This document shows, piece by piece, positions 9,310-21,799 of a DNA stretch of 64,000 bases. The DNA lies in the NCBI GenBank assembly GCA_041659065.1, contig JBAZYY010000006.1, positions 1,551 to 65,550 on the forward strand, given 5' to 3'. The notes under the pieces were generated by a model. That model was not told the DNA's origin and made no database searches. It saw nothing but the letters and a program-made list of their open reading frames with translations. The DNA comes from Parcubacteria group bacterium (lineage in GTDB: Bacteria > Patescibacteriota > Minisyncoccia > Moranbacterales > UBA11712). The translations under genes were made by a program, and so were the position numbers. Numbering within the stretch: the first letter of the stretch is position 1; every line of letters starts with the position of its first letter.

Positions 9310-10988
9310 TGAAGAGATTAGACTGGGGAAAAATCTCTCAATTTCTTACCAATAAGGAGCGGATTTATATTGGTATTCTATGTATCGCAGTCGCTGCTTC
9401 TCTTGTGGCAACGGTGATCGGTTTCTATTTGCACTTCACGAAGGCGGTGGCAGTTCCCGGCGGGGAATATAGCGAAGCCGTCGTGGGGCAGCCGATGTTT
9501 GTTAATCCGATTCTTGCTCCCGGGAATGATGTCGACCAGGATTTATGCGAACTGATTTTCTCGAGTTTATTCAAATACGATGCAGACGGAAAACTAGCAC
9601 CCGATTTAGTGGAAAGTTATGAAATTTCAGATGACAAGCTAACTTACACTCTCAAACTCAAATCCGGAGTAAAATGGCACGACGGGGAAACGTTTTCCTC
9701 GGATGATGTTCTTTTCACAATCCAGGCAATTCAGGATCCGGCTTTTAAGAGCCCTCTTCGCCAAAGCTGGCAGGGCGTGGGAGTGGAGGCCGTGGACGAG
9801 TCTACTATAAACTTTATCCTTACGACGCCTTACGTATTTTTTCTGAATAACCTGACGGTAGGGATTTTACCCAGGCATATCTGGGAAGGAGTCCCGCCTT
9901 CAAATTTCATTCTGGCTGACTATAATTTAAGACCGGTCGGTACGGGCCCGTATGAATTTTCCGATATTGCCAAAGATAATGAAGGAAATATTCTCAATTT
10001 TCAACTTATTGCGAATGATGATTATTACGACCAGAAACCTTACATAAAAAGCTTCAACTTGAGTTTCTATTTTGACGAAGATTCAGCCATTGATGCATAT
10101 AATAAAAAGCAGGTCTTCGGCATTGGCTATATCTCGCCTTCAAAGCTGACTGATTTGAAAAGTCGCAGAAGCAGCAATATCCACTCAATTAATATTCCCA
10201 GATATTACGCAGTTTTCTTTAATCAACAAAGGAGCAAGGTGATGGCTGATCGGGATGTGAGGAAGGCTTTGTCCCTAGCGACAGACAGGAAGACTATCGT
10301 TGATCAAGTCCTTAAGGGCGAGGGCAAGGAAATATTTTCTCCGATACCCCCGGGAACATTTGGCTATACGGATGATGTAAAGAAATTTGATTTCGATATT
10401 GAAAAAGCCAATAAGGCTTTAGATGACGCAGGTTGGAAACGGGGAGATGACGGTGTCAGAAAAAAGAATGATCTTGTACTCGAGATTAATCTCGTGACGA
10501 CTGATTGGCCGGATCTGGTTGCGACCGCGGATATTCTGAAGAATCAATGGGAAGCTATCGGAGCGAGGGTGAATCTCGAAGAACTTGGTGTATCGGACAT
10601 CCAGCAAAATTTCATCCGTCCGCGGGAGTATGATGCTTTGCTTTTCGGACAGGTTTTAGGAATTGATCCTGACCCATACGCATTCTGGCATTCCTCTCAG
10701 ACTCGGGACCCCGGTCTTAATCTTTCGCTTTATTCCAATCCAGACGTGGACAAGTTATTGGAAAAAATTCGCCAGGAGACGGACGAAGCGCAAAGGCTCG
10801 GAGATTATAAAAAATTTCAACAGGATATTACTGATGACATTCCCGCCCTTTTTCTCTATAGTCCTAATTACCTGTACGTGACTAACGGGAAGGTTCAGGG
10901 AATAGGCATCAATTCAATGGTGACGCCGGATAAAAGATATGCAAACGTCGAACAGTGGTACGTGAAGACCAAACGGGTCAAGAAGTAA
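9309..10988 (+). CDS. peptide ABC transporter substrate-binding protein (SBP family 5), N-terminal TM anchor
   Basis: 'PDLVESY', 'VKWHDGE.FSSDDV.FT', 'PVGTGPY' and 'VRKALS.ATDR' motifs. Confidence 0.88.
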   Translation: MKRLDWGKISQFLTNKERIYIGILCIAVAASLVATVIGFYLHFTKAVAVPGGEYSEAVVGQPMFVNPILAPGNDVDQDLCELIFSSLFKYDADGKLAPDLVESYEISDDKLTYTLKLKSGVKWHDGETFSSDDVLFTIQAIQDPAFKSPLRQSWQGVGVEAVDESTINFILTTPYVFFLNNLTVGILPRHIWEGVPPSNFILADYNLRPVGTGPYEFSDIAKDNEGNILNFQLIANDDYYDQKPYIKSFNLSFYFDEDSAIDAYNKKQVFGIGYISPSKLTDLKSRRSSNIHSINIPRYYAVFFNQQRSKVMADRDVRKALSLATDRKTIVDQVLKGEGKEIFSPIPPGTFGYTDDVKKFDFDIEKANKALDDAGWKRGDDGVRKKNDLVLEINLVTTDWPDLVATADILKNQWEAIGARVNLEELGVSDIQQNFIRPREYDALLFGQVLGIDPDPYAFWHSSQTRDPGLNLSLYSNPDVDKLLEKIRQETDEAQRLGDYKKFQQDITDDIPALFLYSPNYLYVTNGKVQGIGINSMVTPDKRYANVEQWYVKTKRVKK

Positions 10989-11128
10989 TCTCATTATCGC
11001 GCCATCCTTATCATTTCTAGATTTTTCAATATTTGAGCTTGGGCATTTTTGCCCCGGACGTTTTATCTAGTTAGTATGATTTTCCTGTTTGATGGGCAAG
11101 TGTGCCGGCTCTTCGATAAAAATATCAA

Positions 11129-11212
11129 GCCGAAGTGGTGAAATTGGCATACACGCAGCGTTCAGGTCGCTGTGGGGGCAACCCCGTGGAGGTTCAAGTC
11201 CTCTCTTCGGCA
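11129..11212 (+). tRNA. tRNA-Leu(CAG)
   Basis: GCCGAAG/CTTCGGC acceptor, CAGCG-TTCAGGT-CGCTG anticodon arm, long variable arm and GGTTCAAGTCC T-arm. Confidence 0.95.
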
Positions 11213-11297
11213 CAAATTTAATTAGTCTTTTAACTCACCCGGTTAAATATCAATAAATGATTTTTCTGCATAGCAGAATTTAACAGGGTAAAAAATT

Positions 11298-13025
11298 ATG
11301 ATTGCAACAAAAAGCCGTTCTGATGCACAAAGTATCAGGCGGCGAGGTAGCCGAGGCTACTCAAAACACAATTTAAGAATTATCCCCTTAGGGGGGCTGG
11401 AGGAAATCGGTCGCAATATGACTGCCTTTGAATATGGCAAAGACATTATTATTGTCGATATGGGTCTTCAATTTCCGGAAGAAGATATGCCAGGAATTGA
11501 CTATATCATCCCAAATGTTGATTACCTCCGCGGAAAAGAAAAAAACATCCGGGGCGTGATCATAACTCACGGCCATTTCGACCATATTGGAGCCGTGCCT
11601 CATCTTATTCCAAAGCTCGGAAATCCGACGGTGTATGCCACGGAATTGACGCGGGGAATAATAATGAAGCGCCAGGAAGAATACAAAAACCCCATCAATA
11701 TTAAAACGGTAAAAAAGATTGACCGGCTCTCACTCGGCGTGTTCAATGTTGAATTTTTTCATGTAAACCACACCATTCCTGATTCGGTGGGTGTTGCTAT
11801 AGGGACTCCGGTCGGTACAGTCGTACATACAGGAGACTTTAAATTTGATCACAGTCCGGTGGCGGACGCTCCAGCCGATATCGCGAAAATCGCTCGTATC
11901 GGCGGTGAAGGCGTACTGGCTCTGATGTCAGAGAGTACTGACAGCCAGATTCCAGGATATTCGCCTTCAGAGTCTTCCATAAGAAAAACCCTTGAGGAAA
12001 ACTTTGAGAACTCTTCTGGGCGAGTTATCACGGCGACCTTTTCATCACTCATTTCGCGTATCCAGCAGCTCATAGAAATATCGGAAAAATTCGGTCGCAA
12101 AGTAGCGATTGACGGTTATTCAATGCGAACGAATGTTGATATTGCAAGGTCGTTAGGCTATCTCAACGTGAAGAAGGGAACGATCATTCCGATCAGTGAA
12201 GTGAACGATCATCCGGATAGCAAGATAACAATCATTTGCACCGGTGCGCAGGGGGAAGACAAGGCGGTTTTGATGCGGATCGTGAACGGAGAACATCGTT
12301 TTGTGAAGATCCACAAGAACGACACTGTAATTTTTTCTTCTTCGGTGGTTCCGGGAAACGAACGGACTGTTCAAGGCGTCAAGGACGGGTTGTATCGTAA
12401 AGACGCAAGGGTCATTCACTCAATGACGCTCGATGTTCACGCGGGAGGCCATGCTCGACAAGAAGACCTTAAGATGATGATCAACCTTTTGCGTCCGAAA
12501 TATCTGATCCCGATTCACGGGCATTATTATATGCGCAAGGTTCATGGGGAGCTTGCAGAGCAGGTGGGTATGAAGCCGGAGCAAGTGCTCATAGGGGATA
12601 ACGGTCAGGTTATTGAGCTAGATTACCGTGGGAATGGAAAACTTACAGACGAAAAAGTGCCTACGAGCTACGTCATGGTGGACGGGCTGGGCGTTGGAGA
12701 TATCGGCCAAGTGGTTCTGCGTGATCGGCAGGTTCTGGCGCGCGATGGTATGTTCACAATCGTGGCGATAATCGACAGTAAGACCAAGCGGGTAATCGGC
12801 GAGCCGCAAGTGACTTCGCGTGGGTTCATATATGTCAAAGAAAATTTTGATCTTGTGAACGCGACCAAGCGTAAGGTAAAGGATGTCATTCACAACGCGA
12901 CCTCTAAAGATGAAGCAGTCAACTGGTCATACGTTAAGGATGAGATTCGGGAAGTTGTCGGACAATTTCTCTATACCAAAACCGAACGTCGTCCGATGAT
13001 TTTGCCAGTGGTGATCGAGGTGTAG
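11298..13025 (+). CDS. rnj: ribonuclease J
   Basis: 'PLGGLEEIGRNM', 'THGHFDHIG', 'HTGDFK', 'CTGAQGE', 'HAGGHA' and 'RRPMILPV' motifs. Confidence 0.95.
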   Translation: MIATKSRSDAQSIRRRGSRGYSKHNLRIIPLGGLEEIGRNMTAFEYGKDIIIVDMGLQFPEEDMPGIDYIIPNVDYLRGKEKNIRGVIITHGHFDHIGAVPHLIPKLGNPTVYATELTRGIIMKRQEEYKNPINIKTVKKIDRLSLGVFNVEFFHVNHTIPDSVGVAIGTPVGTVVHTGDFKFDHSPVADAPADIAKIARIGGEGVLALMSESTDSQIPGYSPSESSIRKTLEENFENSSGRVITATFSSLISRIQQLIEISEKFGRKVAIDGYSMRTNVDIARSLGYLNVKKGTIIPISEVNDHPDSKITIICTGAQGEDKAVLMRIVNGEHRFVKIHKNDTVIFSSSVVPGNERTVQGVKDGLYRKDARVIHSMTLDVHAGGHARQEDLKMMINLLRPKYLIPIHGHYYMRKVHGELAEQVGMKPEQVLIGDNGQVIELDYRGNGKLTDEKVPTSYVMVDGLGVGDIGQVVLRDRQVLARDGMFTIVAIIDSKTKRVIGEPQVTSRGFIYVKENFDLVNATKRKVKDVIHNATSKDEAVNWSYVKDEIREVVGQFLYTKTERRPMILPVVIEV

Positions 13026-13030
13026 TGTTA

Positions 13031-13065
13031 TGTAGCATGTAGCATGGAACATAGGACATAGAACA
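13031..13065. repeat. degenerate heptamer tandem repeat
   Basis: TGTAGCA TGTAGCA TGGAACA TAGGACA TAGAACA. Confidence 0.6.
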
Positions 13066-13069
13066 AATT

Positions 13070-13101
13070 AAAAACCCAGGAGCTCGGCTCTTGGGTTTTT
13101 T
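13070..13101 (+). terminator. intrinsic terminator after rnj
   Basis: AAAAACCCAGGAGC-TCG-GCTCTTGGGTTTTTT. Confidence 0.8.
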
Positions 13102-13241
13102 GCAGCTGATTGTGCGTTTGCCTTGCCCGTGCTATATAAGAAACAACAATTAACAAATTGCCTGGAAAACCCTGCTATTCACGGATAATCCTCTTCTGCG
13201 TAGCCCTGCCACAAGGCATATATAAAAGTCTGTGGCAGGGC

Positions 13242-13270
13242 TTTACATTTTATAAATCTTGCCCTATAAT
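13242..13270 (+). promoter_or_regulatory. sigma70 promoter for uvrA
   Basis: TTTACA-N17-TATAAT. Confidence 0.6.
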
Positions 13271-13305
13271 GGACAACTAGTAGTTCTATTTTTTGCCAAT
13301 AATAA

Positions 13306-16092
13306 ATGAAGAAATCTTTTCTCACGGTTAAAGGCGCCAGAGTGAATAATCTCAAGAATGTTGATGTAAAGATTCCTCGGGAAGAACTGGTGGTTATCAC
13401 TGGCCTTTCCGGATCTGGAAAATCATCACTCGCCTTTGACACCATCTTCGCGGAAGGACATCGCCGCTACGTAGAAAACCTTTCATCTTATGCCAGGCAA
13501 TTTCTCAATGTGTCCACGAAGCCGGACATAGACAAAATTGAGAATCTTTCGCCTGTGATTGCGATTAACCAAACTAGCGTCAACCGCAGCCCGCGTTCGA
13601 CAGTCGGGACTATGACGGAGATTTATGATTATCTCCGTATTTTATTTTCCAAAATAGGAAAACCTCACTGTCCAAAGTGCCAAAAGGTTCTGAATCAAAA
13701 AGGAACAGATGAAATAGCAGACGAGGTCATTGAATATGGCAGAAACAGAAAGGGCCAAGTGATATTATTGGCAAGACCGCAAAGAATCGAGAAGGATCTC
13801 CAGCAGATACTACTTGAATTCAGCCAACTTGGGTATGCCAGAGCGCGGATTAACAGAAAAATTGTATCAATAAAAGATATTCAAAATGATGCGGGGGAAT
13901 ACGCAGCTTGCGGAGAAGTAGAGCTGGTTGTAGACAGGATTAATATTGATCGCAACTTTAATGACAGAGAGCGGCTAATCGATTCGATTGAGACTGCGAT
14001 TAAATTAGGAAGAGGCGAAGTGATAATCAGCTGCGAAAATGACCCTGAGGATCGAAAATACAATCGCTACTTGGTTTGTCCGGATTGCGATGTGACAATC
14101 GAAGAGATAAGCCCGAGTTTGTTTTCCTTTAACAATCCGGAGGGCGCCTGCCCGGATTGCACCGGCTTGGGCACCAAGCTTGAAGTTGAAGTTGAACAAG
14201 TAATCCCCAATAAGAAACTGACGCTTCGCGAGGGGGCGATCCGTCCGTGGAATAACCTGGGAGCCAGAGCTGCCGGGCAAAATGGCCATCTGCAGCTATT
14301 GAAGGATTTATCCAAAAAATATAAGTTCTCTCTAGATAAGCCCGTGAAAAATCTCAAACCTGAAGCAATGAAAGTTATATTATATGGCGGAGATGAAAAT
14401 TTTAGCGGTGTCATACCCACACTTGAAAGAAAATATAAAGAAACACATTCAGAATACTTAAGATCCGAGATAGAAAAGTATATGGTTATTAAAACTTGTC
14501 CGGTTTGTAACGGGAAAAGATTGGCGCCGGTTGCGCTTTCGGTTTTGATTGATGGAAAGTCGATAGACGATCTTTCTCAGATGAGCCTTGAAGATCTTCA
14601 AACAGAAATGGAGGCAATTAACGAAAATGCGAAACGCACCAAAAGCAACGAGAGCCTTATCGGAGAAGTTCATGGAGAAATCGAAAAGATTATCAAAAAT
14701 CTCTGCGACGCGGGCTTGAGTTATCTCACCCTTTCCCGTTCAGCAGGGTCACTCTCAGGAGGAGAGGCTCAAAGGATAAGGCTGGCGACACAAATTGGAT
14801 CCGGTCTAGTTGGGATCCTTTATGTTCTTGATGAACCGTCTATCGGTTTGCATGAGAGGGATACTCAGAAGCTGATCGGATCCCTCAAAAAATTAAAGGA
14901 TGAGGGGAATAGCATAATTGTAGTTGAACACGATGGGCAAATAATTAAGTCTGCGGACTGGCTTATTGATATGGGCCCTGGCGCGGGTGACGAAGGTGGG
15001 GAAATTACTTTCGAAGGTGAGCCAAAAAAGATACTTACTTCCAAATCATTGACGGGAAAATATCTGAGCAGAAAATTAAAAGTCTCCAAAAAGACAGCGT
15101 ATCGAAAAGGAAACGGAAAAAATCTTTCGGTTATCGGAGCAACTGAGAATAATCTCAAACACGTTAATGTGAATTTTCCTCTTGGAAAATTGGTGTCAGT
15201 GGCGGGCGTATCAGGTTCCGGGAAGAGCACTTTGGTTCAGGATATTTTATCCAAAGCCTTGCGGCGCCACTTTTTTCGCAGTCGCAATATTCCCGGAAAA
15301 CACGAAGAAATCAAAGGAATTGGAAATGTTTCAAAAGTGGTCAGCATTGACCAATCTCCGATAGGGCGCACTCCCCGTTCGAACGCAGCTACTTATACGG
15401 GCTTGTTTTCTTTGATCCGGGATATTTTCGCCGATACCGAAGAGGCCCGAAAGCGTGGTTACACGGCTTCCAGGTTCAGCTTTAATATGAAGGGCGGCCG
15501 TTGCGAAGTTTGTCAGGGAGAGGGTTTTAAAAAAATCGAGATGCAGCTCCTGCCGGATATTTATGTCCCTTGTGAGGCGTGTCACGGGACTCGATATAAT
15601 CACAAGACGCTTGAGATTGAGTATCGCGGCGAGAATATCGCCCAAGTTCTCGATATGAGTGTTGGATACGCGCTCAGATTTTTTTCCAACTTCCCGCTCG
15701 TTTTCGAAAAGCTGAAAACCTTGGAAGAGGTGGGCCTTGGGTATCTCAAACTGGGGCAGTCCGCGATGAACCTGTCCGGTGGGGAAGCGCAAAGAATCAA
15801 GCTAGCCACAGAGTTGGCTCGCCGCACGGACGGGAAAGCATTGTATATATTGGACGAGCCGACTATCGGTCTTCATTTTGAGGATATTGCGAAACTGCTC
15901 AAGATATTAGATGGGCTGGTTGATAAAGGAAATACAGTACTTGTCGTTGAACATAATCTCGATGTGATAAAAGCTTCTGACTGGGTGGTTGAATTGGGGC
16001 CTGAGGGCGGAAAGAATGGCGGAGAAATAGTCTTTGAAGGAACGCCTAAGAAACTTGCAAAAGCAGAAACGTGGACAGCGAAATATCTTTGA
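13306..16092 (+). CDS. uvrA: excinuclease ABC subunit A
   Basis: Two Walker A motifs ([16 protein letters not shown]), two LSGGEAQRI signatures, CxxC zinc modules and '[12 protein letters not shown]'. Confidence 0.97.
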   Translation: MKKSFLTVKGARVNNLKNVDVKIPREELVVITGLSGSGKSSLAFDTIFAEGHRRYVENLSSYARQFLNVSTKPDIDKIENLSPVIAINQTSVNRSPRSTVGTMTEIYDYLRILFSKIGKPHCPKCQKVLNQKGTDEIADEVIEYGRNRKGQVILLARPQRIEKDLQQILLEFSQLGYARARINRKIVSIKDIQNDAGEYAACGEVELVVDRINIDRNFNDRERLIDSIETAIKLGRGEVIISCENDPEDRKYNRYLVCPDCDVTIEEISPSLFSFNNPEGACPDCTGLGTKLEVEVEQVIPNKKLTLREGAIRPWNNLGARAAGQNGHLQLLKDLSKKYKFSLDKPVKNLKPEAMKVILYGGDENFSGVIPTLERKYKETHSEYLRSEIEKYMVIKTCPVCNGKRLAPVALSVLIDGKSIDDLSQMSLEDLQTEMEAINENAKRTKSNESLIGEVHGEIEKIIKNLCDAGLSYLTLSRSAGSLSGGEAQRIRLATQIGSGLVGILYVLDEPSIGLHERDTQKLIGSLKKLKDEGNSIIVVEHDGQIIKSADWLIDMGPGAGDEGGEITFEGEPKKILTSKSLTGKYLSRKLKVSKKTAYRKGNGKNLSVIGATENNLKHVNVNFPLGKLVSVAGVSGSGKSTLVQDILSKALRRHFFRSRNIPGKHEEIKGIGNVSKVVSIDQSPIGRTPRSNAATYTGLFSLIRDIFADTEEARKRGYTASRFSFNMKGGRCEVCQGEGFKKIEMQLLPDIYVPCEACHGTRYNHKTLEIEYRGENIAQVLDMSVGYALRFFSNFPLVFEKLKTLEEVGLGYLKLGQSAMNLSGGEAQRIKLATELARRTDGKALYILDEPTIGLHFEDIAKLLKILDGLVDKGNTVLVVEHNLDVIKASDWVVELGPEGGKNGGEIVFEGTPKKLAKAETWTAKYL

Positions 16093-16093
16093 T

Positions 16094-16205
16094 AAAATCT
16101 AAATATCAAAATCCAAATTCCAAATCAAATCCAAATGATTAAATGTTAAAAAATTTAGATTTTGGACTTTGAGCTTGGTTTGATATTTGAGCTTTGATAG
16201 TTGGA
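16094..16205. repeat. bipartite AT-rich heptamer repeat element
   Basis: A-rich arm (AAATCTA/AATATCA/AAATCCA/AATTCCA) followed by a roughly complementary T-rich arm (TTTAGAT/TTTGGAC/TTTGAGC). Confidence 0.6.
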
Positions 16206-16208
16206 TTT

Positions 16209-17189
16209 ATGCATATGCAATCCCAAGTTACAAAAAATATATTAAATACAATTATCTTTTATGATATTCTTGACTATCCACTCACTTCCTTTGAGATTTG
16301 GAAGTATTTAATCGTTGCGACGGGCGATGCAAAAGAGGATAGCAGGTGCTCTCTCGAAGAAATAAGTCGAGAAATAAATTCCGGCAAATTGGTAAATCAT
16401 ATCAGCGAAAGCCTGGGTTTTTACTTTTTAAAAGGCCGTGAGGAACTTGTTTCGCAAAGGCTTGAGCATAACAAACATTCGATTTCGAAATATAAAATTG
16501 CCCAAAAGGCTGCCAAATGGCTAAGGTTTTGTCCCTTCGTTCGAATGATAGCCCTCACCGGAAGCGTAGCTATGAAAAATACGGAGCGCAATAGTGACAT
16601 TGACTATTTCGTGGTATTGGAACAAGGAAGAATTTGGACGGGCCGTTTATTAGCGACAGCTCTGGTCCATCTCCTTGGGATGAGGCGGCATGGCAGCAAA
16701 GTCAAGGATCGTATTTGCCTTAACTACTTTATTAAAAGCGATAATCTTGAAATAAAGCTCAAGGATATTTTCGGGGCAAACGAGTATTCGTTTATTTTTC
16801 CAATTTTTGCTTATTCGTACTTGGGCGCTAAAAGTGACGAGGACAGCAGGGCGGCTTTCGAAAGATTCAGTGAGAAAAATATCAATTGGATAAAAAAAAT
16901 AAAGCCAAATTTTGGGTTTGCCGAATTGGAATCCCCTAAATATTTGCCTCATTCCAGGCTAAGTAAATTTATCCAAAAATGGCTTGAATACTTGATAAAT
17001 GCGCTGGGAGGCGATATAATGGAATCCTGGGTTAGAAAATTTCAAGTTCGTAAGATTGAGAAAAATCCACTGACTCATAAGCGGGGAGCTTATGTCGAAT
17101 ATGATGATAAAAATCTGATATTTCTTCCCGAACCGCAGGGAGAAAAGATATTCATAGAGTATATGAAACGACTAAAAGCCTTGACATAG
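16209..17189 (+). CDS. DNA polymerase beta-superfamily nucleotidyltransferase domain protein
   Basis: 'ALTGSVA.....NSDIDYFVV' matches the hGS-x-DhD motif. Start is uncertain (16209 or 16215). Confidence 0.7.
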   Translation: MHMQSQVTKNILNTIIFYDILDYPLTSFEIWKYLIVATGDAKEDSRCSLEEISREINSGKLVNHISESLGFYFLKGREELVSQRLEHNKHSISKYKIAQKAAKWLRFCPFVRMIALTGSVAMKNTERNSDIDYFVVLEQGRIWTGRLLATALVHLLGMRRHGSKVKDRICLNYFIKSDNLEIKLKDIFGANEYSFIFPIFAYSYLGAKSDEDSRAAFERFSEKNINWIKKIKPNFGFAELESPKYLPHSRLSKFIQKWLEYLINALGGDIMESWVRKFQVRKIEKNPLTHKRGAYVEYDDKNLIFLPEPQGEKIFIEYMKRLKALT

Positions 17190-17208
17190 TAGAAATATTT
17201 TATATAAT
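17181..17208 (+). promoter_or_regulatory. sigma70 promoter for groEL
   Basis: TTGACA-N16-TATAAT. Confidence 0.7.
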
Positions 17209-17219
17209 TAGTATTGCGA

Positions 17220-17246
17220 TTAGCAGTCGGAGCGTTCAAGTGCTAA
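17220..17246. promoter_or_regulatory. CIRCE element (HrcA operator)
   Basis: TTAGCAGTC-N9-AAGTGCTAA, two mismatches to TTAGCACTC-N9-GAGTGCTAA, between the promoter and groEL. Confidence 0.85.
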
Positions 17247-17259
17247 TCACACCCAACCA

Positions 17260-19142
<1,883 letters not shown>

Positions 19143-19180
19143 TTTTGATTAGTTTGCAGTTTGCATTGAGTAGTTGAAAT

Positions 19181-19218
19181 TATAGAAAGCGCTTCTCGCA
19201 AGGGAGGCGCTTTTCTAT
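19181..19218 (+). terminator. intrinsic terminator after groEL
   Basis: GAAAGCGCTTCTC-GCAA-GGGAGGCGCTTTTC. Confidence 0.75.
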
Positions 19219-19300
19219 AATTGGTTACAAAAGAAATATTTTTATTCTTGCGTTTGTATGAATTAAAAGATGCGATAGGCTAATAATTAAAACTAAACAT

Positions 19301-19675
19301 ATGCCAAGAATCGTACACTTCGAAATTCCGGCGGATGATCCGGAAAAAGTGTCCAAATTTTACACGGACACGTTTGGTTGGGAGATAAAAAAATGGGAAG
19401 GATCTATGCCGTATTGGCTGGTGAAAACCGGCGAAAAATCTGAAATGGGGATTGACGGGGGAATTTATAAAAAAGACGAAAAGATGAAAGAGACAGTGAA
19501 CACCATAGGCGTGAAGGATATCAAAGAGTCTGTCGAGACGGTGAAGAAAAATGGCGGCAGCGTCATGGGTGAAGTGAATGAAATACCCGGAGTCGGTCTA
19601 TTTGCCTACGCTATGGATCCAGAAGGAAATAAATTCGGCCTGATGCAGTCTTTTCCGGACGCAAAGATGGCGTAG
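19301..19675 (+). CDS. VOC (glyoxalase/bleomycin-resistance) family protein
   Basis: 'IVHFEIPADDPE...FY...FGW', 'GIDGG' and 'IPGVG.FAY..DPEGNKFGL'. Confidence 0.88.
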   Translation: MPRIVHFEIPADDPEKVSKFYTDTFGWEIKKWEGSMPYWLVKTGEKSEMGIDGGIYKKDEKMKETVNTIGVKDIKESVETVKKNGGSVMGEVNEIPGVGLFAYAMDPEGNKFGLMQSFPDAKMA

Positions 19676-19788
19676 AGGTATTCGAGGTGAAACCTCGAAT
19701 AAGAACAATAATACGAAAGCACACCAGTATACCAGTTTATTGGTGTGTTTTATCAGTTGCCAATTCAATAGCACAAGCTCTAACTCCG

Positions 19789-19818
19789 ATACTTTAGTAT
19801 AGTACTATACTAAAGTAT
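19789..19818. repeat. perfect 30-bp palindrome
   Basis: ATACTTTAGTATAGTACTATACTAAAGTAT equals its own reverse complement. Confidence 0.9.
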
Positions 19819-19857
19819 TTAATTTTAAGGCGTGTTTTGCTTAAAGAAATATTTATG

Positions 19858-19897
19858 AAAAGCCCGGCTCGAGGATATCCTAAAGCCGGGTTTTTTA
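19858..19897. terminator. bidirectional terminator
   Basis: AAAAGCCCGGCT...AGCCGGGTTTTTT. Confidence 0.65.
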
Positions 19898-19913
19898 TTA
19901 CTCGTTGTTGTCG

Positions 19914-20852
19914 CTACTCCTCCTTTATTGTTTCGATTAGTATGGGCTCTTTGGCCGTTCCGATGAAGGGATGTATTTTTTCCGTTAGTTCTCGGAAAAA
20001 TCCAGAAGGTAAAAAGATGGCGGCTTTCTCATTAAATTGCATCGATGTGGCAAGCACTATCCCGCCTTGGATCTCTTCACCTCTTACGATGACTTCGGGA
20101 CGCGATTCAAACGGTAACTCGCAAGCTGCATCCAGAGAGTCAATGATCTGCGGATGAGAGAGCTGATTCACAAAATTTTCATCATCTACCGCAAATTGTC
20201 TTAACACTTCGTATGTGTGCGAATCTTTCGGTAGTTCCCGCAGCCAGTGCTCGAGAGTTCTCACGAGAAGCTCTTTTGCCGTGCGAGGGCTCGGGATCAA
20301 CACGCGCAATGTATTCTCGCCATTTTTCAAAAAGATCACGGAACTGTGGTCCAGAAGATTTGGGATTATCATTCCCCGCACTAAGCAAACTTTCCCACTC
20401 ATTTCGCCCCGCAGGAAGTTGCTTAAGTGATGTTCTACGCGAAAGGGGCGCCAGCCCGCTTGGTATTCGTTTCCCAAAACCGGATATTCATTCAGTTCCG
20501 GTTTTACAAACGCTTCCAGTAAAGATTTTAAAGCCAGGCTCTTTACATAATCAATCTCGTTTTGTTGAAGTATCTTTTCCTTACCTTTCTTCCATGCTTT
20601 GCGAATCAAGACAAAATTAATTGGCCATGTGACAGCAACAGTCAGAATTGCATATACGCAAATTACGGTAGAAAAGCGTGGAACGTCTTGCAAGTTGGGC
20701 AAGAAGACTGGAAGAAGTACAAAAATGAATGTGAAAATATATGCTCCTGCCATGAAAGACATCACGTATGAAGGCCAAAAATACTTGTTGAAGTTTCGAT
20801 TCAGCTTTGAACTTGCAAAGTCTGAAATCGGCACATTAATTGCATTTTTCAT
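19914..20852 (-). CDS. hypothetical membrane protein (two N-terminal TM helices)
   Basis: 312-aa ORF with an AAGGAG RBS and two hydrophobic segments; no family recognised. Confidence 0.7.
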   Translation of the reverse strand: MKNAINVPISDFASSKLNRNFNKYFWPSYVMSFMAGAYIFTFIFVLLPVFLPNLQDVPRFSTVICVYAILTVAVTWPINFVLIRKAWKKGKEKILQQNEIDYVKSLALKSLLEAFVKPELNEYPVLGNEYQAGWRPFRVEHHLSNFLRGEMSGKVCLVRGMIIPNLLDHSSVIFLKNGENTLRVLIPSPRTAKELLVRTLEHWLRELPKDSHTYEVLRQFAVDDENFVNQLSHPQIIDSLDAACELPFESRPEVIVRGEEIQGGIVLATSMQFNEKAAIFLPSGFFRELTEKIHPFIGTAKEPILIETIKEE

Positions 20853-21050
20853 TGTCCAGCTCCTTGAGTAATTTTTAAACTACTTTCCCTGTTAGATAGG
20901 GAACAAGTCAGGATATAATAAGGCTAAGTTTCCGACAAATAATTTGAAGGTTATTATAATAATAGACGTAATATAGACTAAAAATATAATATTAATAAAA
21001 AATGTGACGAAATAATTGACACTTTTTGCATATATTGCTAGATTAAAAAT

Positions 21051-21779
21051 ATGCAGAAAATAGCAATTCATTTGAAAGAAGCCGGTTTTGAAGAAAAAGA
21101 GGCTGAAATATACCTAGCGGTGTTGGAATTGGGAAAAGCGACGGTTTCGGATATTTCCCGGAAAGCCGGAATCAAAAGAACGACGATATACGAATATCTG
21201 GAAAAATTGCTCAATGAAAGCCTGATTCACAAAACAGTGAAGGGGAAAAGAGTCTATTATGCTGCCGAAAATCCGGACAAGCTGGTCAATATTTTGGAAA
21301 AAAGAAAAAGAAAAATCAGCTCTATTCTCCCGCAGCTTCAGGGCATTTTCGATGTTTCGAGACACATACCACAAGTCAGATTCTATGAAGGCATTGAAGG
21401 GATGCGGACAATATACGACGAGATGACCAAAACCTCGCAAACAATCTATGGAGTGTTTTCGGCCGATAAGTATTTTTCGGTTTTCAATAAAGATGACAAC
21501 GAAAGATTTTTCCAGAATATTCGAGAACACGGCGGACAGATTAAAGATGTCATCGAAAATAGTCCGGTCGGCAAAAAACATGCTAAGAGCAAATACTATG
21601 AGGGGATCGGAACTCCGAAGATTTTGCCAAAAGATTTCCGATTATCAGTTGACCTTATGGTTGCAGGAAATAAAGTGGCGATGTTATCATTAGTGAACTT
21701 GGCTGGCGTCATAATTGAAAATTCGGAAATTGCGGACTTGCAGAGGAATTTTATAAAATTTATGAGGAGGAATATCTAA
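21051..21779 (+). CDS. TrmB-family transcriptional regulator
   Basis: 'GFEEKEAEIYLAVLELG...ISRKAGIKRTTIYE' HTH, 'VRFYEGIEG' and 'GNKVAM'. Confidence 0.88.
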   Translation: MQKIAIHLKEAGFEEKEAEIYLAVLELGKATVSDISRKAGIKRTTIYEYLEKLLNESLIHKTVKGKRVYYAAENPDKLVNILEKRKRKISSILPQLQGIFDVSRHIPQVRFYEGIEGMRTIYDEMTKTSQTIYGVFSADKYFSVFNKDDNERFFQNIREHGGQIKDVIENSPVGKKHAKSKYYEGIGTPKILPKDFRLSVDLMVAGNKVAMLSLVNLAGVIIENSEIADLQRNFIKFMRRNI

Positions 21780-21799
21780 TTATTTTGGCATTATAAGCT

